DNA of 64,000 bases from Bacteroidales bacterium (GTDB lineage: Bacteria; Bacteroidota; Bacteroidia; Bacteroidales; Marinilabiliaceae). A program made the position numbers and the translations under genes. The notes under the pieces were generated by a model. The model worked only from the letters and a program-made list of their open reading frames with translations. It was not told the DNA's origin and made no database searches. Position 1 is the first letter of the stretch, and each line of letters opens with the position of its first letter. Below, piece by piece: positions 54,096 through 64,000 of this stretch. Location: NCBI GenBank assembly GCA_012838865.1, contig DUOK01000233.1, forward strand, positions 3,512 through 67,511, given 5' to 3'.

Positions 54096-57000
54096 CTATT
54101 CCTTCACAATCTTCCTATAATACAACGAACGACCGGCACGCAACTGCAGGATATAGACTCCGGCGGGTAAATCACTCATTTGCCACTCAAAACGGGTATA
54201 GGCTTCCACTTGCATTTCCCGAACCAGTCTTCCGCCGACATCAAACAATTGCAGCTGCACCAAGCCATACAAACCATCCACCCTCAATACATTCCCGACC
54301 GGGTTGGGCGCCACCTTAACGGCTTTATCTGGAATGGCCATACTGTCGGTACGAACCACTTCCAACATCAGTTTTAAGGAAACATCTCCGTCCACTTCGA
54401 AGCTGCCACTTTGTGGCACAAAACCAAAAGCACTCACCTCATAAGCATAAGTCGCAGCTTGCATCAAACCGCGCACTTCCACCCTTCCTTGTTCATCGGA
54501 AAACAACTCCTGGTCGGCCACCTTCAGCCGGGCCCCGGCAATGGGCGCACCCTGCGCATCAGCGACCTCCAACACCAATATCCCGCAAGCATCCAAAAGA
54601 AAGGCTGGCGACCAGGTCCCGGCAGCGCCGTAAAGCTGGTCCCTCACCCGCAACTCCACCGTATTATCGAGACAATTTTCCAGCGCAAGAACACGCTGAT
54701 TGGCGGAAAATCCTTCCAGCAGGGCTTGTACTACTGACCCATTGACCCGCAACTCGTAAGCCCAGCGTCCGGTTGTGGTCTCCACATCCGAAACCCTTGC
54801 TGGGGCAAGTTTTTTCACAAAGGCATGACGTTCAACTGCCGGCGAAAGCCTTGCAACAGACCGCTTGTCAGCACCGGTCACCTTCTGCAGAGCCCCCAAA
54901 GGCAGCCTTGCTTCGGGTCCCACCACCAAATTGTCCAACAAAAACACAAAGCGATTGTCCGATACATACTGTATTGCAAAGCGTATGCGCTTACCCGCAT
55001 AGTCCGCCAAATCAAAGCGGAAGGGGGTCCAGGAGAGCGGAGCCTCCAGGACTTCGCCATTCAACTGCACGTAGTTGCCCGAACCATCGGTCAGATTGCT
55101 GACCCACACATGAAACTGCTCCAGCCCATATTTATCGGAAACAGAACGGGCCATGAATTGCAGAAAATCTCCTTCACCGACTTCCAGCTCAGGCGAAATC
55201 AACCAATCGTTGTTGGGCACATTACGTGCAGCAAAGGCAGCTAAAACATGACGCCCGCGATGGGCTGAAAAATCGTATTCCGACTGCAACAAACCTTCAT
55301 AATAGGGGTCTACCACCATAAAGGAACCGGTATAACCCGAATTGGGGAAGGACAAATCGCGGTAGGTCCAGGTCACTGCCTGATCCACATCCCTGAAAGT
55401 CCAGCCCGGCACGCTCAGCTCAAACGGCAGATAGCCGTCGAAAGACTCATCAACCACAGGATTCCAGAAAACTGTACTTAAGTCACTTTGCTTTTCCGCC
55501 CGGCTCAAAGTCACAGTCGGTACGATGAGCGGTCGCAGATCGACCGAGATATCCTGAGCCGAAATGGACTCAAAAGGCTGCCAATGCGTTTCATACCCGG
55601 GGGCTTCGACTTGCAAGACCTGCTTACTCAGGGTGTGTCCGACCGAAAAAGCGACCACGCCCTGTTGGTCGCTCACACCTTCCTGAGGCCCCACCATTAC
55701 GCGTGCCCCCTCAAGACTTTCTCCATGGCCATTCACACGCACCTTTAAAGGATAAAACACCTGTTCGGTTACATACTGCCCCCGAAGCGGTGTCAGAGCA
55801 GGCACGCCATCTTCGCCGTAACCAAAAAAGGAGATATGGTAAACGGACGAATGGTCGAGTCCGCTCAAAACAAAACCCTCCGCATTACCCGCATATACCA
55901 ATCGTGCCCCACCTGCACCTTCCGGTGCCGCAGCAAAGTCCGTATCATAACCAGCACCCAATCCTACCGGGGGCAAATCAAAAACCTCATCATCTTTGCG
56001 AGCCAAGACCATTATGCCCCCTTGCGGATCGGGCAGACTCCAGCTGAAGGACAGGCTGTTTTGATCGTAAGCAGTCCACTGCACCCCGGAAACTACCGGA
56101 GCTGTTTCCAGACCATGCCCCGCCTCATAAACCTTCACTGCATCCAGGGCCAGTCCGTAGCCATAATAACTGAGTCCTTCAAAGGCAATTTCATAACGAC
56201 CTCCGGCAGCCGGCAACTCCACCCTTCGCTGCGTCCAATTCAACAATTCTTCATCATAGAATGCCAGGGACGTCCATGCTCCCCCCTCTTCTCTGAAAAG
56301 CACCCGCAGGTGATCCTGATCCCCATCCCACGCAGCCTGATAATGCCAAAAATCCATGACATAAGTCCTTCCTTCCTCCAGAGCTAAAACAGGCGACACT
56401 AAGCGCGTACTGCGCTCATCGGCAACAGCTGCGTGAAAAAAAGCAAATTGTTCACCTTCCAAAGCGACTGCGGGCTCACCATGTGCGCCCGCACTGCGTT
56501 GCTCCCACATAAAACTACCTGAAACTAATTCCTGCTGCCAGTCCCACAAGCCCCCTTCAAAACCATCAAACCAAGGGAAACTGGTCACCGCCGCCGCCCT
56601 GGTACGATCTGAGGCGTAAAGTGGCGCCGACCATTCAACGTCGCCCCGACTCCATAGTGCATAATGATAAACGGTGGCTCCTTCCAAACCCATATGATTC
56701 ATTTCAGACAGATCGGCTCCTGCATACAACACCTCGCCTCCGCCGGGAATCGTTTCTCCTGCGGCATAAACGATCCCTTCTTCAGGAATCCCAAACACCC
56801 CATCGGGACTCCAGGCCAGCAACACGGGACGACCTTCCACCGCCGGCTGCCAGGATACATTCATTTGATCGGCCGCAACTGCAGAGGCGTGGAGGGACAG
56901 CGGACTCCCATTCTGAATGGCCATAAAGTCAAAGGCGATGCTGTTGCCCTCGCTCACAATCCCAGTGAGACTCCTATTGTAAGGCAGGTCGCTCCACGTC

Positions 57001-58463
57001 CGCATCGCGGGCGTACCCTCATCGGTCAACTGCGTTACCTGCAGCGACCCCGGAAAAACCGCCGATGCCGTATTGGTCTCACCACCGGCAGCCAAAACCC
57101 TTAAGCCCTGATGCGCATAGGCATTGATGGAATTGGCACTCCGGAGCGCTGCAATCTGCTCCGCATCTACCTGATACACCAGCAAACCGGCCCCCGGCAA
57201 GGCACTGTCGAAGCCCTGCAACTGCCTGTTCTCAAGCAAAAGGTATTCATGCGCCTCGGGTCCGTTAATCCGATAAACCATAGCCGCATCCTGAACCGGA
57301 GCCAGACCCACTCGTCCGGCCGTCTCCAGCACCGTTTCTTCCACCCAGCCCAACTCCATCTTCGACAAAGGATTATGGTGGGCCGGAGAAGCGCCGGCAG
57401 GCGAACCATTGTAAGAACCCCGGGCCATCATATCCCACAAGCCCGTCCCGTCAAAATCGTTCTCATCCTCGGTTATGGTATCGTAATAATCGGGTAGGCC
57501 CAGATTGTGTCCAAATTCGTGTGCTATAACCCCTATGGTATTGAGATCTCCCCTTGAGTTACGCATCTCGGGCTGAGCGGTATAACTGTCGACCAAAACA
57601 CCATCGAAACGACGCTGAGAGCTGGTATAGCCGGCTGCCGACAAAGTCCACGAATGGGACCAAATATCCTCCTCATTACCGGTAACCTCCTTACCAGGCC
57701 CCTGATGTATGATGGCCACGCCTTCAACCACACCATTACCGTTGTTGTCAAATTCTGCAAAATTAACGCCTGCCGCATCTGCCGCCTGAACAGCGTGCAG
57801 GGCAAATTCGCCCCACTTGCCCTCCGGAGCATAATAAGCTCTACTATTAGGCAAGCGGACCCAGGCCGTCACCACCGACTCCATGACCAGACGGCCGCCA
57901 CTGTTCTCCATATAATAATGCCGAAAACTGCCGTTGACACCATTCATCAGCTCATCAAAGGCTTCGCGACTGTAGGTGGCTTCTGTATCACTAAAGGTCG
58001 CCAAAATCACCAGCATTCTCTGCTCCCCTTCCGGAGCAAAAAGGTGGCCGGCCGTACCACTTTTTAAAAGTGCGGTCCTGCGTTCGCCTCTTATTCTGTC
58101 TCTTTCCCCGGGGGGCACACCCGAGCCTTTGGGCAAGAACTGCAATAAAGCCTGCTCACCGGCCGTGCGTTGTCCCGGATTACTGGCTCTCAAACCGGTC
58201 AACTGGGGCGAACCCGATTTCAGCACTGAAACATATTCATAAAACCCCTCCTTGTTCTGGGCAATACGGTAACCATCTGCGGTACTGGTCCAGTGATACC
58301 ATTCATCGCCGTGCTGCCTGATGGTCAACACACTCGAATCGGACTGCAGCACTTTCTGCGGCCAGGGATAGGCCCCCACAGCAGCCAGTTCTTGCAAAAA
58401 AAACGACTGAAAGACCAACAAGGCCACAAAAAAACGGAGAGAAGCAAGCAATAATCGCATCAT
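54096..58463 (-). CDS. M6 (immune inhibitor A) family metalloprotease with FN3-like, MAM-like, choice-of-anchor J/cleaved-adhesin, carboxypeptidase-regulatory-like and T9SS CTD domains
   Basis: Signal peptide, HGDEWYHW propeptide, YYMENSGG, HEFGHNLGLPDYYD zinc motif, WDMMARGSY, NNDWLISP, C-terminal APNPV...LPAGVYIL...KIVKE. Confidence 0.9.
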   Translation of the reverse strand: MMRLLLASLRFFVALLVFQSFFLQELAAVGAYPWPQKVLQSDSSVLTIRQHGDEWYHWTSTADGYRIAQNKEGFYEYVSVLKSGSPQLTGLRASNPGQRTAGEQALLQFLPKGSGVPPGERDRIRGERRTALLKSGTAGHLFAPEGEQRMLVILATFSDTEATYSREAFDELMNGVNGSFRHYYMENSGGRLVMESVVTAWVRLPNSRAYYAPEGKWGEFALHAVQAADAAGVNFAEFDNNGNGVVEGVAIIHQGPGKEVTGNEEDIWSHSWTLSAAGYTSSQRRFDGVLVDSYTAQPEMRNSRGDLNTIGVIAHEFGHNLGLPDYYDTITEDENDFDGTGLWDMMARGSYNGSPAGASPAHHNPLSKMELGWVEETVLETAGRVGLAPVQDAAMVYRINGPEAHEYLLLENRQLQGFDSALPGAGLLVYQVDAEQIAALRSANSINAYAHQGLRVLAAGGETNTASAVFPGSLQVTQLTDEGTPAMRTWSDLPYNRSLTGIVSEGNSIAFDFMAIQNGSPLSLHASAVAADQMNVSWQPAVEGRPVLLAWSPDGVFGIPEEGIVYAAGETIPGGGEVLYAGADLSEMNHMGLEGATVYHYALWSRGDVEWSAPLYASDRTRAAAVTSFPWFDGFEGGLWDWQQELVSGSFMWEQRSAGAHGEPAVALEGEQFAFFHAAVADERSTRLVSPVLALEEGRTYVMDFWHYQAAWDGDQDHLRVLFREEGGAWTSLAFYDEELLNWTQRRVELPAAGGRYEIAFEGLSYYGYGLALDAVKVYEAGHGLETAPVVSGVQWTAYDQNSLSFSWSLPDPQGGIMVLARKDDEVFDLPPVGLGAGYDTDFAAAPEGAGGARLVYAGNAEGFVLSGLDHSSVYHISFFGYGEDGVPALTPLRGQYVTEQVFYPLKVRVNGHGESLEGARVMVGPQEGVSDQQGVVAFSVGHTLSKQVLQVEAPGYETHWQPFESISAQDISVDLRPLIVPTVTLSRAEKQSDLSTVFWNPVVDESFDGYLPFELSVPGWTFRDVDQAVTWTYRDLSFPNSGYTGSFMVVDPYYEGLLQSEYDFSAHRGRHVLAAFAARNVPNNDWLISPELEVGEGDFLQFMARSVSDKYGLEQFHVWVSNLTDGSGNYVQLNGEVLEAPLSWTPFRFDLADYAGKRIRFAIQYVSDNRFVFLLDNLVVGPEARLPLGALQKVTGADKRSVARLSPAVERHAFVKKLAPARVSDVETTTGRWAYELRVNGSVVQALLEGFSANQRVLALENCLDNTVELRVRDQLYGAAGTWSPAFLLDACGILVLEVADAQGAPIAGARLKVADQELFSDEQGRVEVRGLMQAATYAYEVSAFGFVPQSGSFEVDGDVSLKLMLEVVRTDSMAIPDKAVKVAPNPVGNVLRVDGLYGLVQLQLFDVGGRLVREMQVEAYTRFEWQMSDLPAGVYILQLRAGRSLYYRKIVKE

Positions 58464-58547
58464 AAGAAGAATATAAATCAAACAACTGCATCCAAAACCC
58501 ACAAAGTTTTAAACGCAGTTGCCTCTAAAAAGTTTGTCCACACCCCG

Positions 58548-61067
58548 CTAATCCATATCTACGATGGTTATACCCGCACCGCCAAACTGGACGTGCTCAT
58601 CGGCAAAACGCCGAACAAAGGGCAAAGTGTTCAAATACTCCCGAATCATGAGACGCAAAGCCCCCGTACCCTTCCCATGCAGGATTTTAACCTGGGCAGC
58701 TCCACACATTACCGCCTCGTCCAAATGCTGACTGACCCGGTCAAGGGCTTCCTCAGCACGCATGCCGCGTACATCAAGATCGGGTTTAAAACTCAGCTTT
58801 TTATCGCGCATCCGCTGAGCCAGAGAGGCCGACACCGTACTTTCCTGTCGCAGTTCTTTTTTGTAAGCATTGCGACTGAGTTTTTCGAGTCGACTCAGCT
58901 TCACGGTGGTAACCAACTGTCCAAAAGCCACCATGGCATTCTTCCCCTTGATTTCCATTACCTCACCGGCCTGGGTCTGACCCTGCAAACGCACATAGTC
59001 GCCCTCCTGCACGGCATCGTTTTCAGCCGCAAGTCTTTTCTCCTTGGGCGCAGCAGCTGAAACAGGCTCCGCTCCCTCGGCTGCATGCTGCTCACCCTTG
59101 GGCTTTGCCCCCTTCTTCCTTTGCTGCAACTTGGCCATTTTTCGGGCCAATCGGGCTTGTTCCTCCGAATCGGACGCGCCCGCTTCAGCAAGTTGCTCCT
59201 TAAAACCATCCAAAGCCTTACGTGCCAGGCGGGTCTTCTCTTTTTCCGCCTGACTTTCCCGAATCACCCTTATGGTGTTCTCAATTTCCTTGTTGGCGCC
59301 GGCCAACAAGGCCTCTGCCTCCCTTCGGGCTTTATCGAGCAGCTCGCGCCGCTCCTTTTGCAAGTGCTCCAGCTCCTTTTCATAACGTTCCGACACCCCC
59401 TCCAGTTTGCGTTCCCTGTCGCGTACCAATCGCCGCTTCTGCTCCCAGTAGCGCTTGTCGCGAATGATCTCGCGCAGGTGCTTGTCAAAATGAATGTGGT
59501 CCTCCCCCAAACGCTCTTTAGCCGCCGCCAGTATGTCCTCCGGCAAACCTATTTTTCGGGCAATTTCAAAAGCAAAGGAGCTGCCCGGCGACCCCACCTC
59601 CAACTTAAACAAGGGGCGCAACTCATGCGTATCAAATTGCATGGCTCCGTTAACCAGTCCCGCCGTTTGCGAGGCAAAATGTTTCAGATTGGTATAATGC
59701 GTGGTAATTACCCCATAAGCACCCTGCCGGTTCAACTGATCCAACACGGCCTCCGCAATGGCACCACCCAACATGGGTTCTGTACCCGTACCAAATTCAT
59801 CAATTAATAAAAGCGTGCGTGCATTGGCCTGTCGCACAAAATTTTTCATATTGAGCAAGTGCGAGCTGTAGGTACTCAAATCATTTTCAATAGATTGCTC
59901 GTCGCCCAAATCAAGTAAGATGTGCTCGAAAAAACCCATCTGAGAACCCTCCTCAACCGGGACCGGCAAACCGCATTGCAGCATATACTGAACCAGTCCC
60001 ACCGTTTGCAAACAAACCGATTTTCCTCCGGCATTGGGTCCGGAAATCAAAACAATTCGCGAATCGGGCGTAAAGGTGATGGACAAAGGAACCACCTCCT
60101 TTTGCTGGGCTTTATGCAGCAAATACAATAAAGGATGACGGGCTTCACGCCACTCAAAATCAGGCCGGTTGTGCAACTCAGGCACCCTGCCCGCAATGCG
60201 GGACGAAAAACGTGCCTTGGCACGAATAAAATCAATCTCTCCTAAAAATTCATAGGCAAAGAGCAATTCCTCCAAATAGGGGCGAATAAAAGAAGATACT
60301 TCGGTTAAAATCCGGGTTGTTTCACGACGCTCAGCATAAGACAGCTCCCGGATCTCATTGTTGATCTCCACAATTTCGGCAGGCTCAATGTAAGTGGTTT
60401 TACCTGTAGCCGACTCATCATGTACAATTCCGGGCAACTTACGCTTGTTGGCCGACACTACAGGAATAACTGCCCTGCCGTCGCGAATACTGATGCTCAC
60501 ATCGGCATCCACCAATCCGTCTTGTCGCGCCTTTTTTAAGATGCTCATCATCTTGCGCGACACGCTCTGTTGCAGATTAAGCACCTCGCGGCGTAAGCGG
60601 GCCAACTCAGGCGACGCATTATCCTTCAGTTTCCCCTGCTTGTTCAGCACAGCATCAATCTGCTCTATGACGGCGGGATACACCATTACATCTGCTGCCA
60701 GGGCATGCAGACGGGGAAAATCTTCCACTTCACGCGACTGGATAAAGCGCAGCAAGTCGCGAATGGTTCCCAGGGAACGACGCAAGTCAAACAGCTCCTG
60801 TTCTTCTAAAAACAAGCCCTCCACCCGAATCTTCTTTAGGGCCGAACGCACGTCAATAAAGTAGGTCACCGGCAGCTCGGCACCTTCCTCTTCAAGGCGC
60901 AGCACCTCAGCAGTCTGCTCCAACCAGCACAACACCTCCTCAAAATGGGTCGAAAAGCCCATCGCCTCGACCCGCTCCTCGCCCAGGGGACTCAAACAAT
61001 GCTCGGCCAGGAGCCTGCGAATCCGGCCAAAATTCAGTTTCTGTTCAAATGCATTCGGATAAATCAC
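58548..61067 (-). CDS. mutS2: endonuclease MutS2
   Basis: GIVHDESATGKT, SGPNAGGKSVCL, LSTYSSHL, LIDEFGTGTEP, TTHY, Smr domain LDVRGMR...HGKGTG. Confidence 0.96.
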   Translation of the reverse strand: MIYPNAFEQKLNFGRIRRLLAEHCLSPLGEERVEAMGFSTHFEEVLCWLEQTAEVLRLEEEGAELPVTYFIDVRSALKKIRVEGLFLEEQELFDLRRSLGTIRDLLRFIQSREVEDFPRLHALAADVMVYPAVIEQIDAVLNKQGKLKDNASPELARLRREVLNLQQSVSRKMMSILKKARQDGLVDADVSISIRDGRAVIPVVSANKRKLPGIVHDESATGKTTYIEPAEIVEINNEIRELSYAERRETTRILTEVSSFIRPYLEELLFAYEFLGEIDFIRAKARFSSRIAGRVPELHNRPDFEWREARHPLLYLLHKAQQKEVVPLSITFTPDSRIVLISGPNAGGKSVCLQTVGLVQYMLQCGLPVPVEEGSQMGFFEHILLDLGDEQSIENDLSTYSSHLLNMKNFVRQANARTLLLIDEFGTGTEPMLGGAIAEAVLDQLNRQGAYGVITTHYTNLKHFASQTAGLVNGAMQFDTHELRPLFKLEVGSPGSSFAFEIARKIGLPEDILAAAKERLGEDHIHFDKHLREIIRDKRYWEQKRRLVRDRERKLEGVSERYEKELEHLQKERRELLDKARREAEALLAGANKEIENTIRVIRESQAEKEKTRLARKALDGFKEQLAEAGASDSEEQARLARKMAKLQQRKKGAKPKGEQHAAEGAEPVSAAAPKEKRLAAENDAVQEGDYVRLQGQTQAGEVMEIKGKNAMVAFGQLVTTVKLSRLEKLSRNAYKKELRQESTVSASLAQRMRDKKLSFKPDLDVRGMRAEEALDRVSQHLDEAVMCGAAQVKILHGKGTGALRLMIREYLNTLPFVRRFADEHVQFGGAGITIVDMD

Positions 61068-61093
61068 GTAGTAGTTGTTTCAATTTACAGGGA

Positions 61094-61101
61094 CAAAAAT
61101 A
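61094..61101 (-). promoter_or_regulatory. -7 element TATTTTTG for mutS2
   Basis: TAnnTTTG match 26 nt upstream of the GTG start. Confidence 0.5.
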
Positions 61102-61267
61102 CAAAATAGTTTAAGGCCTCCCGCATTTTACTCAAATCAGGAGGCAGTGCGTCAACGGTGCGAACAACACGTTCAAAAAAACGGTGTCAACCACCCCAAA
61201 TGCCTCCTTTTTATCCCAAACCTACCCACCTGCACACTTCTTAACATTACGGCGCCCGCCTAAGCCT

Positions 61268-61275
61268 TACCTTTG
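61268..61275 (+). promoter_or_regulatory. -7 element TACCTTTG for the 61312 gene
   Basis: Consensus match 36 nt upstream of ATG 61312. Confidence 0.55.
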
Positions 61276-61311
61276 GTCATTGCGAGCAAGAATTATATTA
61301 ATACCACAAAT

Positions 61312-63114
61312 ATGCAAGTACACTCCTTTCACATTCCCGTTATGGGAATTGGTTACACCCTCGACTCTCCCATCAGAGTGGCTCATCTGGGCATATCTTC
61401 TGCCATTTCACTGGTCGACGACATGCTCGTTGAACGCATGCGCGAATTTTACAGCAAAAAATACAGCCTGCCTTTTGCGCCCATTGCCCGGCACGATGAA
61501 GACGCAAGAGCCAATCGCATTACCGCCTACCTGAACACCGTTCACCATCTTGTTCAGCAAAAAGCCAAAGATTTTAAAGCACAACTCGTGCACCAGAAGG
61601 AAACCCTTCAGCAATACATAGACCTTTTGCCCGACACCGCGGAGCTGAAAAAACAATTACAGGCCAATTTGCACAAGGGTCAGGAAGCCATCAAGCAGGT
61701 GTTGGAGCAACACTACCGCAGCGGCAGCATCGACGTCAACATCATGACCAAACTCGACAAGGCCAACTACCGCGATCGCCAACCCCTGCCCATCGAATAC
61801 AACGATGCCCATGCCTCCTTACGCGGCTTTGCCCAAAGCGAGGTCAGCGGTGCCCTGGTGCTTTCGGCAGGAATGAACGCACGACTGTATTCCTACATGG
61901 AGCAATTTGCCGATTTCTACCCCGGGGCAGACGGCAGCTTCAACAAAAAAATCATCTTAAAGGTATCGGACTACCGTTCGGCCATCGTACAGGGCAAAAT
62001 CTTCGCCAAAAAAGGTTTATGGATTTCGGAATTCCGGGTGGAATCGGGCCTCAATTGCGGGGGACACGCATTTGCCACGCAAGGATTTTTAATGGGGCCC
62101 ATCCTCGAAGAATTCAGCAACAACCGCGCCGCCCTTCAAAAAGAACTCTTTGAGTTGTACAAGAAGGGATTGGAAGCCAAAGACATCCCGGCACCCGAAC
62201 ACGCACCTGAAATGCGCCTCACCGCCCAGGGAGGGGTAGGTACTGCCGAAGAGCACAATAACCTGATGCAAAGGTACGGACTCGACAGCGTCGGTTGGGG
62301 CTCTCCCTTTCTGCTGGTACCCGAAGCAGTTGCTATCGACCCGGACACCATTGAGCTATTGGCCAAGGGACAGGAAAAAGATTACTTTCTGAGTCATGTA
62401 TCTCCTGTGGGTGTTCGCTTCAACAACATTCGTGGCGCTTCGCGCGACCTGGAGCAACAAGCTCTGGCCAAAGCAGGCAAGCCGGGCGCAGCCTGTACCA
62501 AGCAATTCATCTTATTGAATACGGAATTTACCGAGCGGCCCATTTGTACGGCTTCGAGTCGCTACCAAAAGCTCAAAATAGAGGAGCTGGGCAAACAGAA
62601 CCTGGATGCCGCAGCTTACCAGAAGGCCTACGATAAAATCGTCACCAAATCGTGTATCTGCAACGGACTGGGTGTGGCCACCCTTAACTCCCACGACATA
62701 GACACCACTCGTGAGGGACAAGGCGTATCCATTTGTCCCGGTCCCAACCTGGCCTACTTTAACCGTCAGGCCAGTCTCACCGAAATGCTTGATCACATAT
62801 ACGGACGCAGCAGTCTGATCAACGAAGCGCAGCGCCCCAACCTGTTTGTTAAGGAGCTGGGTATGTACCTCGACTACCTGCAGGAAGAATTTGACGACAG
62901 TGAGCAAGTAGATGCCCGACAAATAAAGGGCTGGGAAGCCTTCATCCAAAATCTGCGTAACGGCATATCCTACTACCAAACCCTTTTTGATTTGGACGCC
63001 AACTGGTCGGAAGCCACCCGAAAGAAAACCCTGGACGAGCTGGACCAGGCAATCGTGCGTCTCAACAAACTGGAAGAACATTGGCAAACCTTTAAAGAAA
63101 AGGTTTGCATCTAA
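61312..63114 (+). CDS. conserved hypothetical protein, FabK/nitronate-monooxygenase-like FMN TIM barrel with Cys-rich C-terminal region
   Basis: FHIPVMGIG, LSAGM, RVESGLNCGGHAF, AQGGVGT, VGWGSPF. Cys cluster ACTK/PICT/SCICNG/SICPGPN. Confidence 0.6.
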   Translation: MQVHSFHIPVMGIGYTLDSPIRVAHLGISSAISLVDDMLVERMREFYSKKYSLPFAPIARHDEDARANRITAYLNTVHHLVQQKAKDFKAQLVHQKETLQQYIDLLPDTAELKKQLQANLHKGQEAIKQVLEQHYRSGSIDVNIMTKLDKANYRDRQPLPIEYNDAHASLRGFAQSEVSGALVLSAGMNARLYSYMEQFADFYPGADGSFNKKIILKVSDYRSAIVQGKIFAKKGLWISEFRVESGLNCGGHAFATQGFLMGPILEEFSNNRAALQKELFELYKKGLEAKDIPAPEHAPEMRLTAQGGVGTAEEHNNLMQRYGLDSVGWGSPFLLVPEAVAIDPDTIELLAKGQEKDYFLSHVSPVGVRFNNIRGASRDLEQQALAKAGKPGAACTKQFILLNTEFTERPICTASSRYQKLKIEELGKQNLDAAAYQKAYDKIVTKSCICNGLGVATLNSHDIDTTREGQGVSICPGPNLAYFNRQASLTEMLDHIYGRSSLINEAQRPNLFVKELGMYLDYLQEEFDDSEQVDARQIKGWEAFIQNLRNGISYYQTLFDLDANWSEATRKKTLDELDQAIVRLNKLEEHWQTFKEKVCI

Positions 63115-63121
63115 AAGAGAT

Positions 63122-63155
63122 AAAGGGTTAAACAATGTTTGACCCTTTATTTTTA
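63122..63155 (+). terminator. intrinsic terminator
   Basis: AAAGGGTTAAAC-AAT-GTTTGACCCTTT followed by ATTTTTT. Confidence 0.7.
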
Positions 63156-63179
63156 TACCGGACTGCTGCAAGAATTCCT

Positions 63180-63187
63180 TATCTTTG
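63180..63187 (+). promoter_or_regulatory. -7 element TATCTTTG for panB
   Basis: Consensus match 19 nt upstream of ATG 63207. Confidence 0.6.
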
Positions 63188-63206
63188 TGGATTAAAACTT
63201 ACAATC

Positions 63207-64000
63207 ATGTCAGTAGCAAAAGAAGGCCCCAAGAAAATCACGACGCACGTACTGAGCGAGATGAAAATGAAGGGGGAGAAAATTGCCATGCTTACCGCCT
63301 ACGATTACTCGATGGCCAAATTGGTAGATAAGGCAGGGCTGGACGTTGTTTTGGTAGGCGATTCGGCGGCCAATGTAATGGCAGGCTGGGAAACCACCCT
63401 GCCCATCACGCTGGACCAGATGATTTACCATGCCGCCTCGGTGGTGCGTGGCGTCAAACGCGCCATGGTGGTGGCCGATTTGCCCTTTGGGAGCTATCAG
63501 GGCAACAGCAAAGAGGCGGTAGCCTCTGCCATTCGTATGATGAAGGAATCGGGCGCCGATGCCTTGAAGCTGGAAGGCGGAAAGGAAATTGTTGAATCCA
63601 TCGAACGCATACTCTCAGCAGGCATCCCGGTAATGGGACACCTGGGCTTAACGCCGCAAAGCATTCATAAGTTTGGCACCTACAGCGTACGCGCCAAACA
63701 GGAAGAAGAAGCCAACAAATTGGTAGAAGATGCCCACTTGCTGGAAAAAGCCGGCGCTTTTGCCATTGTACTGGAAAAAATACCGGCCAAACTGGCCGAA
63801 AAGGTGGCCAAAGAACTGACCATTCCCGTTATTGGCATTGGTGCCGGAGGGGGCGTGGACGGACAGGTACTGGTGGTGCACGACATGCTGGGCATCAATC
63901 AGGAATTTTCACCCCGCTTTTTAAGGAGGTACCACAACTTATACGCAGAAATAGTTGGTGCCGTAGGCAATTACATCGAAGACGTAAAGTCGAGTGATTT
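63207..64000 (+). CDS. panB: 3-methyl-2-oxobutanoate hydroxymethyltransferase (3'-truncated by window edge; absent from the ORF track)
   Basis: Manual translation: [13 protein letters not shown]...[11 protein letters not shown]...LVGDS...[12 protein letters not shown]...VADLPFGSY...KLEGG...GHLGLTPQS...GIGAG...[11 protein letters not shown]. Confidence 0.96.
   Translation, partial: MSVAKEGPKKITTHVLSEMKMKGEKIAMLTAYDYSMAKLVDKAGLDVVLVGDSAANVMAGWETTLPITLDQMIYHAASVVRGVKRAMVVADLPFGSYQGNSKEAVASAIRMMKESGADALKLEGGKEIVESIERILSAGIPVMGHLGLTPQSIHKFGTYSVRAKQEEEANKLVEDAHLLEKAGAFAIVLEKIPAKLAEKVAKELTIPVIGIGAGGGVDGQVLVVHDMLGINQEFSPRFLRRYHNLYAEIVGAVGNYIEDVKSSD

Noticed and set aside
61139-61211. GGAGGCA/TGCCTCC inverted repeat enclosing GAAC-N5-GTTC upstream of mutS2 (SOS-box-like)
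   Set aside because: The spacer differs from the Firmicute GAAC-N4-GTTC box, the phylum is wrong, and it is a single occurrence.

Overview
Chromosomal window from a Bacteroidota bacterium. The evidence is T9SS C-terminal domains, TAnnTTTG promoters, the tmRNA tag GESNYALAA and a short sigma-70; a Marinilabiliales/Bacteroidales-type anaerobe is an inference. About 0.7-34.5 kb is one large surface-glycan locus, mostly on the minus strand. It holds a monotopic phosphoglycosyl transferase plus aminotransferase, about 9 glycosyltransferases, WecB, a Wzy/O-antigen-ligase-like protein and an ABC flippase. It also holds a probable KDN (nonulosonate) pathway, a 3-amino-3,6-dideoxyhexose module, and an unusually rich set of acyl/aminoacyl-transfer enzymes: four FemABX-like proteins (three in tandem), an ATP-grasp ligase, a CapK-like adenylating enzyme, two LbH acyltransferases and a GNAT. 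The remainder is mostly housekeeping: def, ruvX, ppdK, a DHOD-like gene, PFOR, an AAA ATPase, rho, sigma-70, rpe, tmRNA, tRNA-Thr, mutS2 and panB. It also includes a decayed hybrid histidine kinase, an orphan YfiR, a membrane-bound LytTR regulator with upstream direct repeats, an unannotated rod-shaped candidate ncRNA, a T9SS M6 metalloprotease and an uncharacterised FabK-like TIM-barrel protein. The best candidates for new biology are a tRNA/ATP-dependent peptide-decoration machinery for a KDN-containing glycan, and a LytTR repeat array facing a 6S-like RNA. I saw no CRISPR array, integrase or transposase. All calls come from motif reading by eye; no searches were run.
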